Made by a program: the position numbers and the translations under genes. Source: an uncultured delta proteobacterium (GTDB lineage: Bacteria; Myxococcota_A; Polyangia; Fen-1088). From it: a stretch of DNA of 64,000 bases. Below, in pieces: positions 17,293-25,589 of this stretch; within the stretch, counting starts at the first letter, position 1; each line of letters begins with the position of its first letter. The DNA is taken from NCBI GenBank assembly GCA_963755125.1, contig CAVWIP010000010.1, forward strand, positions 160,001 to 224,000, in the 5' to 3' direction. The notes under the pieces were generated by a model that saw only the letters and a program-made list of their open reading frames with translations, did not search any database and was not told the origin of the DNA.

Positions 17293-18137
17293 CTAGTTCT
17301 TGGTCGGCACGGGCGCAGCGTACAGCGCCACCACCCCGCCGCCCGCGTCGCGAGGCGGTTCCACGGGCATCACGGCCATGTAGTCCGGCTGAGCAACACC
17401 CGCTTCCGGCGGCATCACCGCCTGGTACCTCATGACGGGTCCCCCGTCGGGCATCATTGCCATATACATGGCCACCGCACCGCCGGCACCTCCGGCGTCC
17501 ACCGGCATGGGTGTGCCGTACTTCGTCGCTCCCGTAGTCACGCCGCCAGCCCCTGTGGCACCGCCTGTCCCCGTTGCTCCGCCCGTCCCCGTCGCTCCGC
17601 CCGCATACGGATAGGTCCCCGGAAAGCTCCCCATGTAGGCGGTAGTTCCGCCCGTCCCCATCACTCCGCCCATGCCGCCCATCCCTCCGCCTGCATCTGG
17701 CATCGGTGTGGCGTACTTCCCTCCTGTCGGAACCGGGCCGCTCGTCGCTGTGGCACCGCCGGTCCCAGTTGTTCCGCCCCCCCTGTCACGCCGCCCGTCC
17801 CCGCGTCCGGCATGGCCGCCATATACATTGGAACAGCCGTCATTCCGCCCGTCGCCGTCGCTCCACCCGCGCCTGTCGTTACACTCACGCCCGTGGTTCC
17901 GCCCGTCATGGGTGCCGAATAGACGGCCACCACGCCAGAGGAGAATGTTCCGCTGGAACCACCGGTGCCAGGCTGCACGGATGAAGAGTCTGCCGAGCCA
18001 TCTGGACTGAGGTTCAGCGAGCTATCGCTGCACCCCACCAGCGCGAGCCCGATCCCCATCGAAGCAGGCACCACGACATAACGGACTGTGTCCCTGAGGA
18101 AGATGTGGATGCGCTCTCGGATGTCTTTCTCTTTCAT
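17293..18137 (-). CDS. Putative radical-SAM substrate lipoprotein 1 (Gly/Thr-rich, repeated Tyr motifs); frameshifted at a G7 tract in this sequence
   Basis: N-terminal ORF starts MKEKDIRERIHIFLRDTVRYVVVPASMGIGLALVGC (lipobox). One extra G at 17777-17783 joins it in frame to the 17293-17703 ORF, giving 281 aa. Motifs VYSAP, MYMAA, KYATP, AYMGS, PYAG, KYGTP, MYMAM, RYQAV, DYMAV and LYAAP. Confidence 0.75.
17777..17783 (-). repeat. G7 homopolymer at the frameshift point of precursor 1
   Basis: Minus strand reads ACA GGGGGGG C GGA ACA ACT GGG ACC. G8 or G5 would restore the frame. Confidence 0.85.
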
Positions 18138-18173
18138 GGTCGGCTCCTTGCGTCTTGCAAAACACCTTGCACT

Positions 18174-18189
18174 AGCAATTGACTGGCCA
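18174..18189 (-). promoter_or_regulatory. Sigma54-type -24/-12 promoter (proximal)
   Basis: Minus strand TGGCCAGTCAATTGCT = GG-N10-GC with TTGCT, 36 nt upstream of the precursor ATG. Confidence 0.55.
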
Positions 18190-18211
18190 CGGCTGTCCCC
18201 CTCCCATCATC

Positions 18212-18227
18212 AGCAAGTGTCATGCCA
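18212..18227 (-). promoter_or_regulatory. Sigma54-type -24/-12 promoter (distal)
   Basis: Minus strand TGGCATGACACTTGCT, a near-perfect match to TGGCAC-N5-TTGCW. Confidence 0.68.
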
Positions 18228-18380
18228 CCGGCTTGCGGCCTTCACGGTACGGCTAACTCCTTATAATAGCATGTGGGCCAGTGCTGCCGCGGGTACTTTC
18301 CATGAACGGAATGGCAGTACCGTCTCAGATTTCTGAGGCTACGGCCGGAAGCTGAGTAGCGCGGCAACGCAATCGGATCG

Positions 18381-18607
18381 CCGGAACTCTTTCAGGGTTC
18401 CGGCGATCGCGTTGGCGAAGGCGGGCTTTGCCCGCCGGAGCCAGAGCGCCCCCTTCGGGGGCTAGGGCCTACACGCCCCACCCCTGTCCCACGCGCGCTT
18501 CGCGCGCGCCCGTCGCGGGAGGGCTTGGCGAGGCCGAGCGAAGCGAGCGGGGAGGAAGCGGCGGGTGGGGGGCCGAAGGGCGGAGCGAACCCTTTCAGGG
18601 TTCCCAT
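18381..18607. repeat. REP/MITE-like palindromic element, copy A
   Basis: Bounded by two copies of the hairpin GAAC(T/C)CTTTCAGGGTTC (18384-18400 and 18587-18603). Internal hairpins GCGGGCTTTGCCCGC, CCCCCTTCGGGGG and GCGCGCTTCGCGCGC. Shared block TTGGCGAGGCCGAGCG...GGCCGAAGGGCG. Confidence 0.85.
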
Positions 18608-18609
18608 TA

Positions 18610-19407
18610 TTACGAGCTCGCCGACGTGTACGCGTGCAGGGCCCGTTTCCACACAAAGCGCGCGATCGATGCGAAGGCGAGCCCGCCTGTCCCGGCCAGC
18701 AGCGCGTGCGCCAGAGTGAGCTTGCCGAGCAGGGCCTGGGCCGGATAGGTGGTCATCAGCGCCAGCGGAAAAACCACGGTGAAGATCAGGCGCAGTGCCC
18801 CCTTGAACACGTCGATGGGCCAGCGGCCGGCGTCGAAGATGGAAATGAACAGATAGGAAAGATTGTCGACCTTGACCACCCGGAACGAAACGCTGACCAC
18901 CAGAATCCACAGCGAGTAGAGAAGGATCAGGGCCACGCCAAAGAGCGCGAGGCCGACCATCAAGTCGCCGACGCCAGGCGCGCGGCCCAGACGATGGAAG
19001 GCATAGACGAGGACGGCTATGCCGCCGAGAAAGTCGAGGATACGCCATGGTTCGAAGCGCGCGGTGGACACCAAGAACTGCGCGTCGGCCGGCTTCAACA
19101 AGACGAAGTCTAGCGTCCCCTTGCGCACCCCCTCCACGACGAAGTTGAGGCTTGGGGTCACGCCTCCGTCGAGCACAGCCTTGAGCACGGAGAACCAGCC
19201 CACCACCACCAAGGCCTCGGGGAAGCTCCAGCCCGCCACCGACTCGCGGCGCGAATAGACCACCAGCAGGGGAATCAGCGTGATGGCCAGCCAGAACAGG
19301 GCCAACGCGCCCTCGAGAAGAAAATCGAAGCGGTACTGGACCGCCAAGGTCAACGACGTCCGCATCTGCACGGCAAGCAGGCGAGCATAGTGGCGCAGCA
19401 AACGCAT
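18610..19407 (-). CDS. ABC-2 family transporter permease (DUF990-like)
   Basis: Multiple TM helices, GTLDFVLLKP, RWPIDVF and FPLALMTTYPA. In an operon with an ABC ATPase. Confidence 0.85.
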   Translation of the reverse strand: MRLLRHYARLLAVQMRTSLTLAVQYRFDFLLEGALALFWLAITLIPLLVVYSRRESVAGWSFPEALVVVGWFSVLKAVLDGGVTPSLNFVVEGVRKGTLDFVLLKPADAQFLVSTARFEPWRILDFLGGIAVLVYAFHRLGRAPGVGDLMVGLALFGVALILLYSLWILVVSVSFRVVKVDNLSYLFISIFDAGRWPIDVFKGALRLIFTVVFPLALMTTYPAQALLGKLTLAHALLAGTGGLAFASIARFVWKRALHAYTSASS

Positions 19408-19410
19408 GCA

Positions 19411-20244
19411 CTAGCCTCCGAAGGCGGCGAAGCGCCTCAAGGCCGCCCGCCACAGCGCCAGGGCGGCGACCAGCGAGCCCGCGATGAACAGCGCCTGCAC
19501 GCCCAGCTCGTGCAGCGCACTGGACGTGCTCTCCAGGCCAATCAATGTCTCGACCGGGAAGCCCAGGATGTAGCGGAAAGGCAGATAGCGCGCGGCCTGC
19601 GCCACCCAGGGCGGCAGCAGTTCCAGAGGCACCAGATAGCCGGACAGCACCGCCTGCGCGCCCAGCCAAACATCGAAGATCGAGAGCGCACTTTCGACGA
19701 ACGCTGCCAGGGTGCCGATGATGGCCATGATGAGAAACAGGAGCATCCAGGCCCCGGCGATCGCCGTGAGCGCGATGGCCATGCGCTCCGGCTCGTGCAG
19801 GGGCAGGCGCTCGCCCGCGGCCCAATAGAGAATGAACAGCAAAGGCGAAACCAGGACCGCGCGCATGGGCACGGCCGCTAGTTGCATCGCACTGTGCGCC
19901 CACAGCGGATGGATAGGTCGCAGCAGGCGCGGCGCCAGCGTGCCCTGCCGGATCTCCATGGTCAATTCCCACACCAGCCACGAGCCGGTGAGGATGCGCA
20001 CCAGCAGCATGCCCAGGTAATAGGCCACGAACTCGCGCTGGCCGAAGCGACCCACCGGCCCGGTCGCGGCCACCGCTGTCCACAGAGCCATCATCACCAG
20101 AGGCATGTTCATGGTCAGCAGCCAGACCACCAGTTCGGCGCGGTAGGCGAACATGTCGGCAAAGCCCACGCGCAGAAGTGCCGGATACGCGCGCAGCACG
20201 TGCCGCGCGGCCCTCAACCCTTCCCCGCCGAAACGCCGACTCAC
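19411..20244 (-). CDS. ABC-2 family transporter permease (DUF990-like)
   Basis: FAYRAE, EIRQGTLAPRLLRP, LSGYLVPLELLP and LPFRYILGFPVE. GTG at 20244 overlaps the ATPase stop. Confidence 0.85.
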   Translation of the reverse strand: MSRRFGGEGLRAARHVLRAYPALLRVGFADMFAYRAELVVWLLTMNMPLVMMALWTAVAATGPVGRFGQREFVAYYLGMLLVRILTGSWLVWELTMEIRQGTLAPRLLRPIHPLWAHSAMQLAAVPMRAVLVSPLLFILYWAAGERLPLHEPERMAIALTAIAGAWMLLFLIMAIIGTLAAFVESALSIFDVWLGAQAVLSGYLVPLELLPPWVAQAARYLPFRYILGFPVETLIGLESTSSALHELGVQALFIAGSLVAALALWRAALRRFAAFGG

Positions 20245-21236
20245 GCCGACCTCGCGCCCCCGTTGGCGGGCTGGCCGCCGAGAAACTCCTGCATGATCTC
20301 TTCCAGCGGCGGATCCTCGACGGAGATATCGGAGATGGGCAAGCGTCCCAGCGCGGCCCGCACCGCCTCGGTCACCTGCGCGGCCGGCACTGCCAGGGTG
20401 GCCTGCAACTCCGAGCGAGCCACGCAGTTGCCCAGGCGATCCAGCTCGCCGGGCGCCGGCACCGACGAGAAGTGCATGGTGATGCGCTTCTCGGGCCGAA
20501 TGCGGCGGGCCAGGGTTCGCAGATCCCCGTCGTAGATGAGGTGGCCCTTGTCGATGACGATGACCCTCGGACATAGGGCCGCCACGTCTTCCATGTAGTG
20601 ACTGGTGAGCAGCACGGACGCGCCGGTGGCTTCGTTGTAGCGGCGGATGAAGTCGCGCACCCGCGCCTGCATGGACACATCCAGGCCGATGGTGGGCTCG
20701 TCGAGAAAGAGCACCCGCGGCCGGTGCAAGAGAGCCGCCACCAACTCGCACTTCATGCGCTCGCCCAGCGAGAGTTGCCGTGTCGGTTTGCCGATGAGCG
20801 CGCCTATCTCGAGCAGATCCACCAACTCCTGCTGGGTGGCGTCCGCCTCGCGCCGGGGCAAGTCGAACAGGGCTCGATTCATGGCGAATGTCTCGGCCGG
20901 GGGCAGATCCCAGAGGAGCTGTTGCTTCTGTCCCATGACCAGCGTGATCATGTGCAGGAATTCGTTGCGACGTTCCTGCGGCACGAAGCCACCCACCGTC
21001 ACCGTGCCGCTGGTCGGGTAGAGCAGGCCTGACAGAATCTTGAGCGCCGTGGTCTTGCCCGCGCCGTTGGGTCCTAGAAAACCAACTCGCTCGCCCGGCG
21101 CGATGTCGAAGCTCACGTCGACCAGGGCCTGCACCTCCTCGGTGCGCCGGCGCACGACCGAGCGCAGGGCCGCCAGCAGGCCTGGCGGCCGGCGGTGCAC
21201 CCGGTAGGTCTTGCATAGGTTGCGTGCCCGTATCAC
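20241..21236 (-). CDS. ABC transporter ATP-binding protein
   Basis: Walker A GPNGAGKTT, signature LSLGERM, Walker B LFLDEPT and H-loop TSH. Confidence 0.93.
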   Translation of the reverse strand: MIRARNLCKTYRVHRRPPGLLAALRSVVRRRTEEVQALVDVSFDIAPGERVGFLGPNGAGKTTALKILSGLLYPTSGTVTVGGFVPQERRNEFLHMITLVMGQKQQLLWDLPPAETFAMNRALFDLPRREADATQQELVDLLEIGALIGKPTRQLSLGERMKCELVAALLHRPRVLFLDEPTIGLDVSMQARVRDFIRRYNEATGASVLLTSHYMEDVAALCPRVIVIDKGHLIYDGDLRTLARRIRPEKRITMHFSSVPAPGELDRLGNCVARSELQATLAVPAAQVTEAVRAALGRLPISDISVEDPPLEEIMQEFLGGQPANGGARSA

Positions 21237-21390
21237 GTTGGCCGGTTACCTTACCAGAGCCACGGGGCAAAGCTGCTTCCGCCAATCTCGCTGGCTCGCC
21301 CGACGACGGCGCGGTTTTCCCTTTGCGGTTTTCGCGCTAGGCTTGTCTGCAAGGTCCGGCCGTCGGCCGGCAAGACGGGGAGTGGCACCG

Positions 21391-24096
21391 ATGACTCAAG
21401 GGGAACCGGACGACCGAGACGCGCACAACAACCCACGGCAGGACGCGGCTGACGACGATCCGCAGGAGACGCAGGAATGGATCGACGCCCTGGAGTCCAC
21501 CCTCACGCACGCCGGCGTGGAACGCGCCCATTTCCTGCTTCAGCAACTGGTCGATCGCGCGCGCCGTGCGGGCGCGCATCTGCCGTTTGACGCCACCACC
21601 GCGTACATCAACACCATCCCGCGCTCGCGGCAGGTGCCTGCGCCCGGCGATCCAGCCCTCGAACGCCGCATCCGCTCTCTCATCCGCTGGAACGCGCTGG
21701 CCATGGTGGTACATACCAACCGGCGCAGCACGGAACTGGGCGGCCACATCGCCAGCTTCGCCTCGGCCGCCACCCTGTACGACGTTGGCTTCAACCATTT
21801 TTTCCGCGCCCCCACCGACCAACACGGCGGCGATCTCGTCTACATCCAGGGACACTCGGCGCCCGGGATCTACGCGCGCGCCTATCTCGAAGGCCGCTTG
21901 AGCGAAGACCAACTCAACGACTTCCGCCAGGAGGTCGGCGGCCGGGGCCTCTCGTCCTATCCGCATCCCTGGCTGATGCCCAATTTCTGGCAGTTCTCCA
22001 CGGTGAGCATGGGGCTCTCGTCCATGCTGGCCATCTACCAGGCCCGCCTGATGAAGTACCTGCACAACCGGGGCCTGCAGGATGCGCAGGACCGCAAGGT
22101 GTGGGCATTCCTCGGCGACGGCGAGATGGACGAGGCCGAGTCCCTGGGCGCCATCACGCTGGCCGCGCGCGAGAAGCTCGACAATCTGATCTTCGTGGTC
22201 AACTGCAATCTGCAGCGCCTGGACGGACCGGTGCGAGGCAACGGCAACATCATCCAGGAACTGGAGGCCCTGTTCCGCGGCGCCGGTTGGAACGTCCTCA
22301 AGGTCGTGTGGGGCTCCTACTGGGATCCGCTGTTGCAACTCGACCGCCAGGGTCTTCTGCGTAAGCGTTTCCTGGAATGCGTCGACGGTGAATACCAGGC
22401 ATTCAAGGCCAAGGGTGGCGCCTACACGCGCGAGAAGTTCTTCGGCAAGTATCCCGAGCTACGCGCCATGGTGGCCAGCCTCTCCGACGAGGACATCTGG
22501 CGGCTCAACCGCGGCGGCCATGACCCGCACAAAGTCTTCGCCGCCTACGCCGCGGCGGTGTCGACCCAGGGTCAGCCGACGGTGGTGCTGGCCAAGACAG
22601 TCAAAGGCTACGGCATGGGCGAGGCGGGCGAGGGCCAGAACATCACCCACCAGCAGAAGAAGATGGGCGAGGAGGCCTTGCGCGCCTTTCGCGATCGCTT
22701 CGACATTCCCATCAGCGATGAAGACATCGGCAAGGCGCCGTTCTACCGGCCGCCCGAAGACAGCCCCGAGATCCGCTACCTGCGGCAGAGGCGCCAAGCC
22801 CTGGGTGGTTCCCTGCCCGTACGTCGTCCCTCCGCGCCGCCGTTGCAGGTGCCGCAACTGGAAGCCTTCGACTTCCTCCTGCAGGGCAGCGGCGAACGCG
22901 AATATTCCACCACCATGGCCTTCGTGCGCATGCTGGCGCGCCTGACCCGCGATCCCGTCATCGGCCGCCACGTGGTGCCCATCGTGCCCGACGAAGCCCG
23001 CACCTTCGGCATGGAGGGTCTGTTCCGCCAGCTCGGCATCTACTCGTCAGTGGGCCAGCTCTACGAGCCGGTTGACGCCGAACAGCTCATGTCCTACCGC
23101 GAGGCCAAGGACGGCCAGATACTGGAAGAAGGCATCAACGAGGCCGGAGCCATGTCGTCGTTCATCGCGGCCGGCACCGCCTACGCCAACCACGGCATCA
23201 ATCTGGTCCCCTTCTACTGCTTCTATTCCATGTTCGGGTTCCAGCGCACCGGCGACTTCGCTTGGGCAGGCGCGGACATGCGCATGCGCGGCTTTCTCAT
23301 GGGCGGCACCTCCGGCCGCACCACCCTGGCGGGCGAGGGCCTGCAGCACCAAGACGGTCACAGTCACTTGCTGGCCTCCGCCATCCCGACCTGCGTGGCC
23401 TATGATCCGACTTTCGCCTACGAGATGGCGGTCATCGTTCAGGACGGGCTGCGCCGGATGGTCACACAGCAGGAGGACGTCTTCTATTACATCACCATGA
23501 TGAATGAGAACTACGCCCATCCGGCCATGCCCGAGAGCGCGGCGCCCGGAATCTTGAAAGGCTTGTATCTGCTACGCGCCAGTCGCATGGGCGCGGACAA
23601 ACCCCGGGTGCAACTTCTCGGCTCGGGCGCCATCTTGCGTGAAGTGCTGGCTGCCGCCGACTTGCTGGAGGGTGACTTCGGCGTCGGCGCCGACCTGTGG
23701 AGCGCTCCCAGCTTCACCGAGTTGCGGCGCGAGGGTCTGGCCGCGGAACGCTGGTCGCTGCTGCACCCGGCGGAGCCGCGCAGGCCGAGCTTCGTCGAAA
23801 CGTGCCTGACCAATCGCCAGGGCCCGGTGGTGGCGGCGACCGACTACGTGCGCCTGTTTGCCGACCAGATCCGGCCGTTTGTATCTAGGCGCTACGTCGT
23901 GCTTGGCACGGACGGCTTCGGTCGCAGCGATCGGCGCAGCCAATTGCGCCATTTTTTCGAGGTCGACCGACGCTTTGTCGCGCTGGCCGCGCTCAAAGCC
24001 CTGGCCGACGAGGGCGCGATCCCCGCCTCTCAGGTCAACGCGGCCCTGCGCAAGCTCGACATCGATCCCGAGAAACCAGATCCGACCCGCGTGTGA
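21391..24096 (+). CDS. aceE: Pyruvate dehydrogenase E1 component, homodimeric type
   Basis: DPQETQEW, GGHIASFAS, GLSSYPHPWLMP, TPP motif GDGEMDE, GHDP and LQHQDGHSH. Confidence 0.96.
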   Translation: MTQGEPDDRDAHNNPRQDAADDDPQETQEWIDALESTLTHAGVERAHFLLQQLVDRARRAGAHLPFDATTAYINTIPRSRQVPAPGDPALERRIRSLIRWNALAMVVHTNRRSTELGGHIASFASAATLYDVGFNHFFRAPTDQHGGDLVYIQGHSAPGIYARAYLEGRLSEDQLNDFRQEVGGRGLSSYPHPWLMPNFWQFSTVSMGLSSMLAIYQARLMKYLHNRGLQDAQDRKVWAFLGDGEMDEAESLGAITLAAREKLDNLIFVVNCNLQRLDGPVRGNGNIIQELEALFRGAGWNVLKVVWGSYWDPLLQLDRQGLLRKRFLECVDGEYQAFKAKGGAYTREKFFGKYPELRAMVASLSDEDIWRLNRGGHDPHKVFAAYAAAVSTQGQPTVVLAKTVKGYGMGEAGEGQNITHQQKKMGEEALRAFRDRFDIPISDEDIGKAPFYRPPEDSPEIRYLRQRRQALGGSLPVRRPSAPPLQVPQLEAFDFLLQGSGEREYSTTMAFVRMLARLTRDPVIGRHVVPIVPDEARTFGMEGLFRQLGIYSSVGQLYEPVDAEQLMSYREAKDGQILEEGINEAGAMSSFIAAGTAYANHGINLVPFYCFYSMFGFQRTGDFAWAGADMRMRGFLMGGTSGRTTLAGEGLQHQDGHSHLLASAIPTCVAYDPTFAYEMAVIVQDGLRRMVTQQEDVFYYITMMNENYAHPAMPESAAPGILKGLYLLRASRMGADKPRVQLLGSGAILREVLAAADLLEGDFGVGADLWSAPSFTELRREGLAAERWSLLHPAEPRRPSFVETCLTNRQGPVVAATDYVRLFADQIRPFVSRRYVVLGTDGFGRSDRRSQLRHFFEVDRRFVALAALKALADEGAIPASQVNAALRKLDIDPEKPDPTRV

Positions 24097-24118
24097 TGCC
24101 AAGCCAAGGAGAAGGAAC

Positions 24119-25504
24119 GTGAGCAAGACGGTTGACCTGCTGGTCCCTGATATCGGCGATTTTCACGACGTTCCCATCGTCGAGATTCTGATCGTTCCGG
24201 GAGCCTCCATCAGGCGCGACGATCCGGTCGCGGTCCTGGAGAGCGACAAGGCTTCCATGGACGTGCCCTCGCCCCATGCCGGCCGGGTCGAGCAGGTGCT
24301 GGTCAAGGTGGGCGACAGGGTTTCGGCGGGCGCGCGGCTTGCTACCTTGGCAATCGACGACGAGACAACGCTGACTCCAACTGGTGATACCGGGCCGGTG
24401 GCCATTTCGAACAAGCCGACGCCCGTGGGCCCCTGGCAGCCCGAGACGCCCGTGCCATCGCAAAGGGCTCGAAGCGCAGCGGCGCCTGCGGCGCACGGAC
24501 AGGTGCCCCTGGCCTCCGGCGTGGTCATGGAGGATTTCCCCGCGCCCGACAGCCCCCGCGGCGGCGCGCGGCCATCTCCTACCGCGAGCATCCCGCTGGT
24601 GGTCAACGAGGCGAAGTCCGAGCACCATGCCGCGCCGGCAGTCCGGCGTCTGGCGCGCGAGTTGGGTGTCGCGCTTTCCGAGATTGAGGGCACCGGCCGC
24701 AACGGCCGCATCGTGGAAGAGGACCTGCGCAATTACATCAAGGCCGCCATGGCACGGACGCCCTCGGCCGGCGCCAGCGAGTTGCCGGCAGTAGACTTCG
24801 CAAAATTCGGCCCCATCGAGCTGCGGCCTTTGGGTCGCATTCGTCGCGCCACTGCGACCAGCGTGCAGCGATCGTGGCGACTGGTCCCGCACGTCACCCA
24901 GTATGACGAAGCCGACATCACCGACCTGGAGGCGTTTCGCAAGGCCGAGGCCGAGCAGGCCAAGCAGCGGGGCGTGCGCCTCACCCTGCTCGCCTTCTTC
25001 ATGAAGGCGACAGCGGCGACACTGAAAGAGCATCCCAGCTTCAACGCTTCGCTGGACGCCAACGGTGAGAACCTGGTGTGGAAGCGCTACATCCATCTCG
25101 GCATCGCGGTGGACACGCCCGAGGGTCTGGTGGTGCCCGTGGTGCGCGATGTGGACCGCAAGGGAATCTGGGAGCTGGCCGGCGAGTTGACCACGCTGAG
25201 CCGACGCGCGAGAGAGCAGAAGCTGACGCCCGCCGACCTGCAAGGCGCCAGCTTCACCATCTCCAGCCTGGGCGGCATCGGCGGCACCGCATTCTCACCC
25301 ATCGTCAACGCGCCCGAGGTCGGCATCCTGGGCTTCTCGCGCGCCTCGCTGCGGCCGGTGTACCGCGACGGACAGATCGGCCCGCGCCTCATTCTGCCCT
25401 TCTCGCTGTCCTACGACCATCGCGCCAACGACGGCGCGCAAGCGGCCCGCTTCACCAGTCACCTGCGCGAACTGCTGGCCGACATTCGCGAAGTGCTGCT
25501 GTAG
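24119..25504 (+). CDS. aceF: Pyruvate dehydrogenase E2 dihydrolipoamide acetyltransferase (single lipoyl domain)
   Basis: Lipoyl motif LESDKASMDVP, subunit-binding HAAPAVRRLARE and catalytic SYDHRANDGA. GTG at 24119 after AGGAG/AAGGA. Confidence 0.93.
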   Translation: MSKTVDLLVPDIGDFHDVPIVEILIVPGASIRRDDPVAVLESDKASMDVPSPHAGRVEQVLVKVGDRVSAGARLATLAIDDETTLTPTGDTGPVAISNKPTPVGPWQPETPVPSQRARSAAAPAAHGQVPLASGVVMEDFPAPDSPRGGARPSPTASIPLVVNEAKSEHHAAPAVRRLARELGVALSEIEGTGRNGRIVEEDLRNYIKAAMARTPSAGASELPAVDFAKFGPIELRPLGRIRRATATSVQRSWRLVPHVTQYDEADITDLEAFRKAEAEQAKQRGVRLTLLAFFMKATAATLKEHPSFNASLDANGENLVWKRYIHLGIAVDTPEGLVVPVVRDVDRKGIWELAGELTTLSRRAREQKLTPADLQGASFTISSLGGIGGTAFSPIVNAPEVGILGFSRASLRPVYRDGQIGPRLILPFSLSYDHRANDGAQAARFTSHLRELLADIREVLL

Positions 25505-25589
25505 CTCCAGACATCGGCGAGTCGTTGCGCCCTTTCAGCGCGGCTTGGCGTAGTCGCGCAGCCCCTGGAAGTCCACGACCACCCGGGGG

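Noticed and set aside
18381..18607. Two similar palindromic repeats about 200 bp apart, considered as a mini CRISPR array
   Set aside because: Spacing is too long, the intervening DNA is itself repetitive and shared with other loci, and there are no cas genes. It fits a REP/MITE-like element.
18392..20083. Long alternative-frame and antisense ORFs (e.g. 18392-20083, 453-1652, 5349-6623, 47750-49195, 54010-55515)
   Set aside because: They overlap well-supported genes, are Arg/Gly/Ala/Pro-rich and lack motifs, as expected for shadow ORFs in high-GC DNA.
19411..21285. 624-aa ORF suggesting a long N-terminal extension of the ABC permease
   Set aside because: The extension is an off-frame read through the ATPase gene. 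The real start is the coupled GTG at 20244.
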